Below, piece after piece: positions 21,953 to 31,760 of a stretch of DNA of 64,000 bases. Positions within the stretch are counted from its first letter, which is position 1. Each line of letters begins with the position of its first letter. Source of the DNA: a virus. The stretch covers positions 1 to 64,000 of IMG/VR virus record IMGVR_UViG_3300027770_003399; one strand, 5' to 3'. The notes beneath the pieces were generated by a model. It did no database searches, was not told where the DNA came from, and saw only the letters and a program-made list of their open reading frames with translations. A program made the position numbers and the translations under genes.

Positions 21953-23021
21953 AAAGACACCTATTATCAGAGTCCACCATTTCTATTACTAGTTGATCAA
22001 ATGAAATATCCGGGGTCCAATTCATCTTTGATCTGGCTTTGCTCGAATCTCCCCTTAAATATTCAACCTCTGCGGGTCTGAATAATAGGGGGTCTATAAT
22101 CATATATTGTTTATAATCTAACTGGACATGATTAAAAGAGGTTGTTAAAAAATCCTGAACCGATTTTGTTACTCCTGTAGAAATTACATAGTCTTCTGGA
22201 GTGTCCTGTTGTAATATCATCCACATAGCCTTTATATAATCTTTAGCATGTCCCCAGTCTCTTTGTGCAGAGATATTGCCTAGTTTAAGCTTGGGGAATT
22301 TATTTTCTTCATCTGTCGACCAAACATCTACTAAATATAGGTTATCTTCTGACGATACTGTTTTATCTGTACGGATCGCATGTTTCTCGCACCATGATAG
22401 GTATTCTCCGATCCATTTTGTTATTTTTCTGGTGACAAAATTTTCACCTCTTCTGGGAGACTCATGATTAAACAATATGCCGCAAGAACCAAAGATACCA
22501 TATCCGTCTCTATAGATTCTTGTCATATCGTGAGATGCTAATTTTGATATTCCATAGGGGCTTTGTGGTGAAAACTGAGTATTCTCATCTTGATATTTAG
22601 AACCGTCAGCAGAATCCACATCGTAGTTATACCCAAACATCTCGCTTGTACTAGCTTGGTAAAATCTTGTTGCAGGAGAAAATACTCTGATGCCCTCTAA
22701 AATATTAATGACCCCGATAGTATTAACATGTACAGTAGTAATCGGTTGATTAAATGAAGTTGCAACATGACTCTGAGCAGCAAGATTATAAAATTCATCT
22801 GGCTTAGTATCTTTAATTATATTATTAATGGAACTAGGATCTGTTAAGTCAAATTCAAGCAATTTGAACTGGGCGTTATTTAAAAGATGATTAATTCTAG
22901 ATAAATTATAATTACTCGTTCGTCTATAAAGCCCAAAGACCCTATAATCATGATCTAATAAAAACTCTGCGAGATATGACCCGTCTTGGCCAGAGACCCC
23001 TGTTATGACTGCTGTTTTCAT
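21945..23021 (-). CDS. gmd: GDP-mannose 4,6-dehydratase
   Basis: ITGVSGQDGSYLAE, YNLAAQSHV, FYQASTSEMFG, SPYGISK, ILFNHESPRRGENFVTRKI, RDWGHAKDY. Confidence 0.95.
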   Translation of the reverse strand: MKTAVITGVSGQDGSYLAEFLLDHDYRVFGLYRRTSNYNLSRINHLLNNAQFKLLEFDLTDPSSINNIIKDTKPDEFYNLAAQSHVATSFNQPITTVHVNTIGVINILEGIRVFSPATRFYQASTSEMFGYNYDVDSADGSKYQDENTQFSPQSPYGISKLASHDMTRIYRDGYGIFGSCGILFNHESPRRGENFVTRKITKWIGEYLSWCEKHAIRTDKTVSSEDNLYLVDVWSTDEENKFPKLKLGNISAQRDWGHAKDYIKAMWMILQQDTPEDYVISTGVTKSVQDFLTTSFNHVQLDYKQYMIIDPLLFRPAEVEYLRGDSSKARSKMNWTPDISFDQLVIEMVDSDNRCLYV

Positions 23022-23857
23022 AATTTTTCTTCCGTATTTTGAACTACTGTGTCTGGTGTTAAAAATGGGCGATCTAAAGTATTATCTTGATAAGTATGAT
23101 ACTCACTAAGTTTATCTAAACTTTTTTTTGTTGCCATATTTATAATTTCCATCTCTCTACCTTCTCGTTCTCTTGTTTCTTCATCTTCCAACATTCTTAT
23201 TAATCCGACCCAACTGCTCTTACCATCCTCGATCCTTTTAATTCTTTGTTCTCTTGTTGCTTTTAGATCCTTGCTTATTTTTTGCTGTTCATTTAAAAGC
23301 TTCGTATATTCATTTGTATAACTAGCTATACTATTTCTAGCAAATCCCAATTGTGTTTCTAGTTGCATCAGTTTGCTATAGTCTTTTGTATCATCTGATT
23401 TATTAGACTCTTTGTCAACTGCTTTTTGAAGTTTTTCTGTTTCTGATAGGTGCCGTTTTCTTTCTTTCATGCTTCTATTTATAAGAATATCTATAGTTAT
23501 AAATTGTTTTATTTGAAGTTCTTCTGCTGGTAAAACATCTTCTCTAAACTGCTTAATTAATCCTATCCAAGTATTTATAAAATAAGTAAGTTCTCCTGAC
23601 TCATCATCAAACTGTCTTTCAATTTCTCCCCAAAATGTTTTTCCATATAATTTATGTTTTAAAAAATCGTCACTAGTAACATCTTCTTTGGAAGATACTA
23701 AATTATTTTCTTTAATATATCTTTCTATAGGAGCAGTTCCCCTATTAAGATAATTAGCTATTTCCACTACTGATAAAGTTGTTACTTTTTCCCCTATAAA
23801 TTTTTCTTCTTCTAAACTTAGCTGTCCTCTTTTTTTGGGGGGAGTTGTTTTGTCCAT
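23018..23857 (-). CDS. Hypothetical coiled-coil protein
   Basis: 279-aa co-oriented ORF overlapping its neighbours. Confidence 0.6.
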   Translation of the reverse strand: MDKTTPPKKRGQLSLEEEKFIGEKVTTLSVVEIANYLNRGTAPIERYIKENNLVSSKEDVTSDDFLKHKLYGKTFWGEIERQFDDESGELTYFINTWIGLIKQFREDVLPAEELQIKQFITIDILINRSMKERKRHLSETEKLQKAVDKESNKSDDTKDYSKLMQLETQLGFARNSIASYTNEYTKLLNEQQKISKDLKATREQRIKRIEDGKSSWVGLIRMLEDEETREREGREMEIINMATKKSLDKLSEYHTYQDNTLDRPFLTPDTVVQNTEEKL

Positions 23858-24576
23858 TTTTGTTCCTCCATTATTTTTGAGATATGAGCTTGAAGACGAG
23901 ATAGTTCTTGTTTTTGTATTTTTGTCCCGTGTTTTAATTTAAGATAAGATTCTCTGTATTCTTGTTGAATATATTGATCCAAAAAATCTATGATTTCTTT
24001 ATTTTCAGTTGTTTTTACAGTATCCTTAGTTTTGTCAGCATGAAATCCATCATCAATAATATTAGAGGGTTGGATAATATTCTTCTTAGCATCATTTCTT
24101 TTGCTCCAAGAAGCATATGGTTGACAGTCATCTTTGTTTAAAAACTTGCTACATTGATTGGAGGAATTTTTATAAGCTTTGTCAAATAGGGGACAAGTAA
24201 GACATGGCTTGTCTGGTCTTTGAAAATTATTTCTTTTATAATTAAATAGCCTATTCCTAACATGAGTCCATAAGAAATTTTCCAGCGGTCTGCTGTTGTC
24301 GTATTTTTCAAGTCCCTCTATTGCAAAAATAGCAGCTTGTTGTTTCATATCATCAAAATTGTGATATGCAAATCTAAACTTGTATGCTAATCTTTTGCTT
24401 ATATTATCTAGTACTCTTAAAAAATCTTTTTCATCAACCCCTTTTGGCAATTGGTTTTCTTTGGGTTTTATTTTGGGTTTTGCTTTGGGTTTTGTTTTGA
24501 GTTTTTCCTTGGGTTTTTTAAGAATCTTTAATTTGGGGGTTTTCTTCTTTGGTGTCTTGCTGGGTTTTTTGTTCAT
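23818..24576 (-). CDS. Phage sigma70-like factor (region 2) with Cys-rich insertion
   Basis: DDMKQQAAIFAIEGLEKYDNSRPLENFLWTHVRNRLFNYKR resembles sigma region 2; CLTC...C...C insert; C-terminal helical HTH-like segment. Confidence 0.6.
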   Translation of the reverse strand: MNKKPSKTPKKKTPKLKILKKPKEKLKTKPKAKPKIKPKENQLPKGVDEKDFLRVLDNISKRLAYKFRFAYHNFDDMKQQAAIFAIEGLEKYDNSRPLENFLWTHVRNRLFNYKRNNFQRPDKPCLTCPLFDKAYKNSSNQCSKFLNKDDCQPYASWSKRNDAKKNIIQPSNIIDDGFHADKTKDTVKTTENKEIIDFLDQYIQQEYRESYLKLKHGTKIQKQELSRLQAHISKIMEEQKWTKQLPPKKEDS

Positions 24577-24741
24577 TTAATAGGCATGAAATGCTTTGTC
24601 CTGTTGGAAGATCAAGGTCTTTTAAAACTTCTGAATCTAGTATTTCAGATGCTCGGACCGATAATACTGAATCTATAAGATTGTTATCAAAGTTATCTGG
24701 TGACATTTTTTCTCCTTGCTGTAAACTCGCCAAGTAATAGT

Positions 24742-24770
24742 ATAGTATGACGTAACCAATAGTTTGTCAA
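24742..24770 (-). promoter_or_regulatory. sigma70 promoter at the strand-switch point
   Basis: Minus strand TTGACA-17 nt-TACTAT in the divergent intergenic gap. Confidence 0.65.
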
Positions 24771-24798
24771 TACTAATAACACCAAAGGGGCTTTATAA

Positions 24799-25029
24799 AT
24801 GGGAAATTATAAAAAGTGGACAGATGTGGAAATTGATTATATTAAGCAACACCACAACACAGTTGCTGACGAGGATCTTGCTCAAAAGCTAAGTCAGTTG
24901 TCTTCTCAGTCTGTTACAACAGCTATGATTAGGCGACAAAGACGAAAGTTAAGGCTAAGTAAGCCACGGGGTAGGCCTCGCAAGACTAAGCAGGTAGTTT
25001 TGGGGGCTGTACAGAAAGAAAAGGAATAA
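24799..25029 (+). CDS. Small basic, probably DNA-binding protein
   Basis: KKWTDVEIDYIK...DLAQKL...RRQRRKLRL, HTH/Myb-like pattern. Confidence 0.45.
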   Translation: MGNYKKWTDVEIDYIKQHHNTVADEDLAQKLSQLSSQSVTTAMIRRQRRKLRLSKPRGRPRKTKQVVLGAVQKEKE

Positions 25030-25040
25030 GGGCCTAATAG

Positions 25041-25982
25041 ATGAAAATATTAGTAACTGGGGGATCTGGGTTTTTGGGGAAATCTGTTATAGGGGCATTA
25101 TATAATAGTTGTTTTAAATATGATGATGTTTTTATATGTAGAAAAAAGGATTTTGACCTTACTAATAATGATGATGTTAAAAGATTATACTCTACCTATC
25201 AACCTAATGCTGTTATTCATTTAGCAGCAGAGGTTGGTGGGATAGGGGCAAATATGGCCAATCCCGGAAGATTTTTCTATGCTAATATGTCTATGGGAAT
25301 TAATATGGTCGAAAACGCCCGTATATTTAATCTGGAGAAATTTATTTTTGTTGGTACAGTTTGTTCGTATCCAAAATTTTGTAAGGCTCCTTTCCTTGAA
25401 GAATCTATATGGGACGGATATCCAGAAGAAACTAATGCTCCTTATGGAATAGCTAAAAAAAGTATTATGGTAATGCTTCAGTCTTATAATAAACAGTATG
25501 GGTTAAAATCTTGTGTTATCTTGCCAACTAATATGTATGGGCCTAATGATAACTTTAAAGATGAAAGTAGTCATGTTATTCCAAGTTTGATAAAAAAGTT
25601 TGTGGGGGCAAAATTAAATAATGAGGAATCTGTAACTTGTTGGGGAAGTGGACAAGCTACTAGGGAGTTTTTATATGTGGGGGATTGTGCAAGGGGAATA
25701 GTTAGTGGGTTAAAATTAATAGATGAGCCGGTTCCTATTAATATGGGTGGGGGAGTTGAAATTAGTATGTGGGATTTGGCCTATAAAATTAAAGATAGTG
25801 TTGGATATGGGGGATCTATCTTGTGGGATAAGTCTAAGCCTGATGGTCAACCAAGACGGTTATTAAATATTGATAGGGCAAAAAAATTATTAGGGTGGGA
25901 AAGCTTGGTGAATTTTGATGAGGGTTTAAAAGAGACGGTGGAATGGTATGAACAAACTTTAAAAGGGGAAAATAATGGTTGA
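25041..25982 (+). CDS. fcl: GDP-L-fucose synthase
   Basis: LVTGGSGFLG, HLAAEVGGIGAN, GTVCSYPK, PYGIAKK, PTNMYGPNDNF, SHVIP, TREFLYV, KPDGQPRR. Confidence 0.93.
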   Translation: MKILVTGGSGFLGKSVIGALYNSCFKYDDVFICRKKDFDLTNNDDVKRLYSTYQPNAVIHLAAEVGGIGANMANPGRFFYANMSMGINMVENARIFNLEKFIFVGTVCSYPKFCKAPFLEESIWDGYPEETNAPYGIAKKSIMVMLQSYNKQYGLKSCVILPTNMYGPNDNFKDESSHVIPSLIKKFVGAKLNNEESVTCWGSGQATREFLYVGDCARGIVSGLKLIDEPVPINMGGGVEISMWDLAYKIKDSVGYGGSILWDKSKPDGQPRRLLNIDRAKKLLGWESLVNFDEGLKETVEWYEQTLKGENNG

Positions 25983-26379
25983 AAATATTAAGAAGAGACC
26001 TTTCGGTTATAGTTATTTTTTAGATATGTATGATTGTGAGGATACTACAGCAGATGATATGGAATTGGTTTATAGATTTTTAGAAAGATTAGTTGATGAG
26101 ATTGGAATGACTCGAATGACTCCTCCTATTGTTATTCATGGGCCAACTGATCATGGTAGGGAAATTTATGCAGATAAGTGGGGGGTTAGTGGGTGGGTAG
26201 GATTAATAGAGAGTGGAATTCAAATTCATGCTATAGAGGCAAAACATTTTATTAGTCTAGATGTCTATTCGTGTGCTGAATTTAAACCAGAGGTTGTATT
26301 AGATTTTGCTAAGAAAACTTTTGGGTTCAAGAAGCATGAGGCTCACTTCTTAGAGAGAGGAATTGATTATCATGAGTGA
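25975..26379 (+). CDS. speD: S-adenosylmethionine decarboxylase proenzyme-like protein
   Basis: GVSGWVGLIESGIQIH...LDVYSC; the Glu-Ser autocleavage site is retained. Confidence 0.7.
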   Translation: MVENIKKRPFGYSYFLDMYDCEDTTADDMELVYRFLERLVDEIGMTRMTPPIVIHGPTDHGREIYADKWGVSGWVGLIESGIQIHAIEAKHFISLDVYSCAEFKPEVVLDFAKKTFGFKKHEAHFLERGIDYHE

Positions 26380-27070
26380 TGGTAGTGATAATATGTCTCC
26401 TATAATGATGAAACCTGAAGTAAAACTTATTAGTGTTACTCCTGATGCAGAAAAGCATATGGCTTATTGTGCTCGGGTTAGCAATCCTAATAATCAGGAG
26501 AATGATAATTTTTCTGGATTACTAAAGTATTGTATTGATCACCAACATTGGAGTATTTTTGAACAGGCTTTTCTTACTGTTGAGATTAATACTAGTCGGG
26601 GGATTGCTGCTCAAATATTGAGACATAGATCATTTACATTTCAAGAGTTCTCACAGCGTTATGCTGATAGTTCTCTTTTGGGTGAGATTCCTCTTCCAGA
26701 GCTTCGTAGACAAGACACAAAGAATAGGCAAAATTCTACAGATGATCTTGATCCAGATCTTGCTGGTCAACTATATTCTGAGATGCAAAATCATTTTAAG
26801 GCTTGTCAGGATTTGTACAAAAGACTTTTAGATGCTGGGGTAGCAAAAGAGTGTGCGAGATTTGTTCTTCCTCTTGCTACTCCTACAAGACTCTATATGA
26901 CGGGTTCTGTAAGGTCTTGGATTCATTATATAGGGCTTCGCTCAGGTCACGGAACACAAAAAGAACATAAGCATATTGCTGAACTTATTCGTAATATCTT
27001 TACTTGTGAGTTTCCCGTAATAGCTAAAGCGCTTTATGGGTGGGAGATTAAATATTTGTGGGACAAATGA
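26363..27070 (+). CDS. thyX: FAD-dependent thymidylate synthase (true start probably 26405)
   Basis: HWSIFEQ, RGIAAQILRHRSFTFQEFSQRY, ECARFVLP, RSWIHYIGLR. Confidence 0.95.
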   Translation: MIIMSDGSDNMSPIMMKPEVKLISVTPDAEKHMAYCARVSNPNNQENDNFSGLLKYCIDHQHWSIFEQAFLTVEINTSRGIAAQILRHRSFTFQEFSQRYADSSLLGEIPLPELRRQDTKNRQNSTDDLDPDLAGQLYSEMQNHFKACQDLYKRLLDAGVAKECARFVLPLATPTRLYMTGSVRSWIHYIGLRSGHGTQKEHKHIAELIRNIFTCEFPVIAKALYGWEIKYLWDK

Positions 27071-27117
27071 TCCAACTTTTATAATGGTGTCAATAATCTA
27101 ATCTAAGGGGTTGTAAA

Positions 27118-27978
27118 ATGAAAACAATAGGTATATTATCATATGAGCGAGCTGGAACCACATGGCTGACTCATGTCTTTCATACGGAAGGGGTCCTTTG
27201 CTTATATGAGATATTCTCTAGAAATCCAGCTCAATATTATTGGAATATTCTAAATCTAATGAAGACCACTGATTGTATTCCAGAGGTAGCAATAGAAGCA
27301 TTTGAAAAAATATTTCATCCTGAAAATATGAGAGTTGATCCGCTATCGTATCGAAAAATTAAACGAAAAATGCTGGCTTCCAATCCATACTCTATCGAAT
27401 TACTGAAAACGTATCAAGAAGAGGCATATAAAAGAAATAAGATGCTTTGCTTTAAAATTTTCCCATATCATTTACAAGAGAATATTCGTGTCGAAGATGT
27501 TATAGATTTATGCGACTATATTATTATAACATATAGGGATAATATTCTAGAAACTTTTTTAAGCTGGAAATTAGCAATCAAAACTGGTGAATGGACTAAA
27601 AAAAGTTTAAGAAGAGATCAACAAGATGGATCTACGCCAGCTAAGGTTTCATGGAATGAGGTAGAGTATAGGGCGTTTTATCAAGACATATGTGGATATA
27701 TTAATGAGTGGAAAAGAGCTAGCTCTAATAGTAAGAGAGAGATTCTTATGTATGAAGATATTCATAATATGGGATATACTATTGATCAAAAATTGAGACT
27801 TGTACAAAAGACTATAGATTCTCTGGGTATAAATATGTCTGTCTATAATGGACAGAATATAGAGAAGCAAGCAGATTATTCTGATCTTTCTAAAATAATT
27901 GATAATTTTGCCGATTTTATTATTTCTAAAGATAATATCCCTATCTTTTATCACACTTCACTTGAGCGGAATATTTAA
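27118..27978 (+). CDS. Sulfotransferase-like (Stf0-like) P-loop protein
   Basis: YERAGTTWL N-terminal PAPS loop, YEIF, FKIF, YRDNILETFLSWKLA, YEDI. Confidence 0.6.
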   Translation: MKTIGILSYERAGTTWLTHVFHTEGVLCLYEIFSRNPAQYYWNILNLMKTTDCIPEVAIEAFEKIFHPENMRVDPLSYRKIKRKMLASNPYSIELLKTYQEEAYKRNKMLCFKIFPYHLQENIRVEDVIDLCDYIIITYRDNILETFLSWKLAIKTGEWTKKSLRRDQQDGSTPAKVSWNEVEYRAFYQDICGYINEWKRASSNSKREILMYEDIHNMGYTIDQKLRLVQKTIDSLGINMSVYNGQNIEKQADYSDLSKIIDNFADFIISKDNIPIFYHTSLERNI

Positions 27979-28002
27979 ACTTGTAATATAAAGGAGATTA
28001 TT

Positions 28003-28329
28003 ATGCAGAAAAGAAGATTATATGTGGGGGTTTTAGTATTTATATTAGTAATGGTTGGGGGATTAAATGTTTGTGGGGCAAATGATCCAACTTTTATAAT
28101 GGTTGAGAGGGGATATGTTGTTCAAACTAATATGGTAGTTATGGTTCCTCAAACTATTGTTTATGTGCCGATGGTTAATCATACGATATCTTATTATTAT
28201 CCTGTTGCTCCATTGATTCAGGTTGTTCCAATGGTTGGAATAGTGCCAGCTTATAGGGGGGTGGGGCTTTTTCATAGACAGAGGGTTCCAGTTGGGGTTC
28301 CTGTATATTTTTATGGAAATAATTATTAA
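28003..28329 (+). CDS. Hypothetical exported/membrane protein
   Basis: Hydrophobic N-terminus; Val/Pro/Tyr-rich body. Confidence 0.5.
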   Translation: MQKRRLYVGVLVFILVMVGGLNVCGANDPTFIMVERGYVVQTNMVVMVPQTIVYVPMVNHTISYYYPVAPLIQVVPMVGIVPAYRGVGLFHRQRVPVGVPVYFYGNNY

Positions 28330-29006
28330 AGTGGCTAATTAAATATTAAACTGGCCAATTATTTTTTAGGGTTCGTATCGTTTATGGACCACCCCCGACT
28401 TTATCGCAAAAACTCGGGAGTCCTTTGGCAAACAAAAAAACCCCCTCTCTTGCGGGGGACCTTCTATTGGGGGGGTAGCCAATACCATAGAGGGGTCTTA
28501 TATTGGAGCCCCTCTTGCGGAGCCCCTTCTATTGGAGGGATAGCCAATACCATAGTAGACCCGACCCGTATGTTGAGACCCGAATATAAGTTCTTACGCT
28601 GTAAGGAGTTACGACAAGCTTTCGCCCGCCCGAAAGTTGTAAGTTCTTTGGTACCAACGACTTAGAGCAAGTGCCCTGTGCAAATATCGTGCCAAACTTT
28701 CTACAAAAAAAAATTTTATTTCGCATTCTACTGATACCTTATTGGGGGGGACCTCTATTGGGGGGATAGCTATATCGTAGGTGGGGTATCGTAAACGCAA
28801 CTCGATTGCATTCTATATATCGACAACTTCTCAACATTTTTGAGCACAAAAAAAAAGATTTTTTGAGACGTAAAGCCTTGCTACCCAACAGGTTACGTCA
28901 AAGCAAAAACATTTTTATATTTCCTATTGGACAAAGCGAATGATGTCGATATAATACGTAGAGAAGAAGAAAAGAAGAAAAAGAAAAGAAAGAAAAGAGA
29001 AAAACA

Positions 29007-29261
29007 ATGAATATCGAAAAGATCAAAAAGACGTACGGAACAGATTGCCAGACTTGTGAGCAAGTATGGAATCAAGCGGTTGAAGCCTACAAGAACGACT
29101 TCACCTTTGCTGAACATGTTGACGAGTTCAACAATGATCGTTTTGAGTTCAACTCGCCTGAAGCGATTGAAGCCTACGAACTCAGCGAATACTTTGAAGA
29201 ACACGTTGAAGAATATTATCTTCCAGAGGCTTGGGAACAATACGATTATGAAACAAGATGA
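29007..29261 (+). CDS. Small acidic early protein
   Basis: Follows a promoter and purine-rich leader; Glu/Asp/Tyr-rich. Confidence 0.6.
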   Translation: MNIEKIKKTYGTDCQTCEQVWNQAVEAYKNDFTFAEHVDEFNNDRFEFNSPEAIEAYELSEYFEEHVEEYYLPEAWEQYDYETR

Positions 29262-29292
29262 GTCTAGTAAAGAAAGAAAAGAGAAAAGCATT

Positions 29293-29544
29293 ATGAAAAA
29301 AAACAACGGTCTATCAAAAGTATTTCTAGGAAAAGGTTTCTTTCATATGGAAGAAAAGATGGTAGCGGTAGTGGAAGGAATCGAGACGCCAGTGTTCTGT
29401 CATGGCTCTTTCGGATCCTACTTGATTGTGAGTTCAACCCATTGGAAAAACGGAGGGTTGCGAACTATCGAAGAAGATTGCGTTGTGAAAGGTTTAGCTC
29501 ATCAAACGATTTTAGACTTTCATGGAAAAAGGAAAACAGTATGA
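29293..29544 (+). CDS. GFFHM-family early protein, paralog 1
   Basis: MKKNNGLSK...GFFHMEEKMV...VFCHGSFG; paralogs at 33131 and 33759. Confidence 0.7.
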   Translation: MKKNNGLSKVFLGKGFFHMEEKMVAVVEGIETPVFCHGSFGSYLIVSSTHWKNGGLRTIEEDCVVKGLAHQTILDFHGKRKTV

Positions 29545-29759
29545 ATAACTTTGACGATGTTCCTCTAGCGTTGACAACTATCATTGACAACAGAAAAGAA
29601 AAAGAAAACCTATCATTCTTTGAACATTTTGATATGGATGCTTTTCTATTAGATCAGGATGAGTCCGAGTCCGACTATATACCGGGCTATGATGATGGCG
29701 AATGGGATAATAACGAAGAAGTATATGATACATTCGTAGACGTTAATGAGCGGGCGTGA
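29541..29759 (+). CDS. Small acidic protein, paralog 1
   Basis: MNNFDDVPLAL...ESDYIPGYDDGEWD...EEVYDTFVDVNERA. Confidence 0.65.
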   Translation: MNNFDDVPLALTTIIDNRKEKENLSFFEHFDMDAFLLDQDESESDYIPGYDDGEWDNNEEVYDTFVDVNERA

Positions 29760-30100
29760 TAACTACTCCTTGCGGGGGGGGGATAGTGTACAAACGCTAC
29801 CCCCCTATGAGGGGATACCATTACCCCCCCAACGGACTAGAACTTAAACCCTTACAGCGTAAGAACTTACGACAAGCTTTCGCCCGCCCGAAAGTTGTAA
29901 GTTGTTTGATACCAACGACTTAGAGCAAGTGCTCAGAGCAAATGTTGTGCCAAACTTTGTACAAAAGATTTATTTTGTTTTGGCATGAGAAATTATTCCG
30001 AGAAATTTCTTTTTAGCTATTGCAAAAGCCTAGAAGTGTCGATATAATACGTAGAGAAGAAGAAAAGAAGAAAAAGAAAAGAAAGAAGAAGGATTTTAAG

Positions 30101-30328
30101 ATGAATATTTTTGTGATAGTTGGTTACATTGCGATCTCCGCACTAGTTTTAATCGGTGTCGGCAATGTATTGTTTTACCTTGTCATTCAAGTGCTTGGCC
30201 GTCTTGACAATATGATCCAAAAAGGTGGATACACTTTTCATGGTTGTATTGGAGAGGCACCGAAGATGCCGGAAGTCTGGAAAGATTCCAACGGAGATGA
30301 GTGGACAATATCTTCTTGCGAAGATTGA
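30101..30328 (+). CDS. Small membrane protein
   Basis: MNIFVIVGYIAISALVLIG hydrophobic start after the purine leader; similar start at 32379. Confidence 0.5.
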   Translation: MNIFVIVGYIAISALVLIGVGNVLFYLVIQVLGRLDNMIQKGGYTFHGCIGEAPKMPEVWKDSNGDEWTISSCED

Positions 30329-30673
30329 TTGTTACATGATCTGCGGGTCAGATAGTATCTTCTGGGGGATAGTGTACAAACGCTACCCCCCTATGAGGGT
30401 ATACCATTACCCCCCCAACGTACTAGAACTTAAACCCTTACAGCGTAAGAACTTACGACAAGCTTTCGCCCGCCCGAAAGTTGTAAGTCCTTTGATACCA
30501 ACGACTTAGAGCGAGTGCCCTGTGCAAATACCGTGCCAAACTTTGTGTAAAAGATTTATTTTGTTTTGGCATGAGAAATTATTCCGAGAAATTTCTTTTT
30601 CCCTATTGCAAAAGCCTAGAGATGACGATATAATACACAGAGAAGAAGAAAAGAAGAAAAAGAAAAGAAAGAA

Positions 30674-31000
30674 ATGAGAAAGACGATGATGAAGAAAAAG
30701 AGTTATCTAAATTGCGAAGTAGTTGTGAACTATAAAGGTAAGAGGATCGAGGGTGCTGTAGTTGGAGTAGATCGCAATCTTCATCGTATTGGCGAAAGTC
30801 TCGGTACGCGATTGCTCATTCAAACAGAATGGAAAGGCTCTTTCCTAAGAGGTACAGAAACCATTTGCGAAAAGTCTGTTTACAAGTCCGTCTACCTTGA
30901 TCAGGCTGAAGGATTCCGCGTTATTGAACGTGCGGATCACTATACTGGAAAAGATGAGCCTTGTGATGCTGTAAGAGATTATCGTCGAGTTAATAACTAA
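30674..31000 (+). CDS. Hypothetical early protein
   Basis: First ORF after a repeat promoter. Confidence 0.6.
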   Translation: MRKTMMKKKSYLNCEVVVNYKGKRIEGAVVGVDRNLHRIGESLGTRLLIQTEWKGSFLRGTETICEKSVYKSVYLDQAEGFRVIERADHYTGKDEPCDAVRDYRRVNN

Positions 31001-31018
31001 AGAAAAGAGAAAAAGAAA

Positions 31019-31231
31019 ATGCTTGCGACGAATTCGAAAAATGTAACAAATAACCTTGATAAGATTTTCACTGCTATGCGAAACGGTAAGTATAATAGCG
31101 TGATTGATACAAGAGGCCGTGTTCACATGGGTATCATCAACGCTATCATGCGTGAAGACGGTAGCGGAAAGAATTGGATTGTAACAGTGACAGGTGCGGT
31201 AAGCGAAAAAGTATTCATTCACGCCTCTTGA
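31019..31231 (+). CDS. Hypothetical early protein
   Basis: Purine-rich leader, co-oriented. Confidence 0.6.
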   Translation: MLATNSKNVTNNLDKIFTAMRNGKYNSVIDTRGRVHMGIINAIMREDGSGKNWIVTVTGAVSEKVFIHAS

Positions 31232-31261
31232 AAAAAGTAAAAAAAAAGAAAGAAAAAGAAA

Positions 31262-31432
31262 ATGGATATGAATCATTTTGAAGATGTTCTACTCGCCCTT
31301 GAAGATATTATCAACAGCAGAAAGATTAAAGAAAACCTATCATCCTTTGAAAATTTTGATATGGATACGCTCACCGAACATGAGGACGAAGAAGTATATG
31401 ATACATTCGTAGATGTTAATGAGCGGGCGTGA
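31262..31432 (+). CDS. Small acidic protein, paralog 2 (not in the ORF track)
   Basis: Manual translation: MDMNHFEDVLLALEDIINSRKIKENLSSFENFDMDTLTEHEDEEVYDTFVDVNERA*; the C-terminus is identical to 29541-29759. Confidence 0.7.
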   Translation: MDMNHFEDVLLALEDIINSRKIKENLSSFENFDMDTLTEHEDEEVYDTFVDVNERA

Positions 31433-31760
31433 TAACTACTCCTTGTGGGGGGATAGTGTACAAACGCTACCCCCCTATGAGGGTATACCATTACCCCCCC
31501 AACGGACTAGAACTTAAACCCTTACAGCGTAAGAACTTACGGCAAGCGGGGGCCCGCCCGAAAGTTGTAAGTTGTTTGATACCAACGACTTACGGCAAGT
31601 GCCATGTGCAAATGGTGTGCCAAACTTTGTACAAAATATTTATTTTGTTTTGGCATGAAAAATTATTCCGAGAAATTTCTTTTTTCCCTATTGCAAAAAC
31701 ATAGAACGGACGATATAATACATAGAGAAGAAGAAAACAACTAAAAGAAAGAGAAAGACT

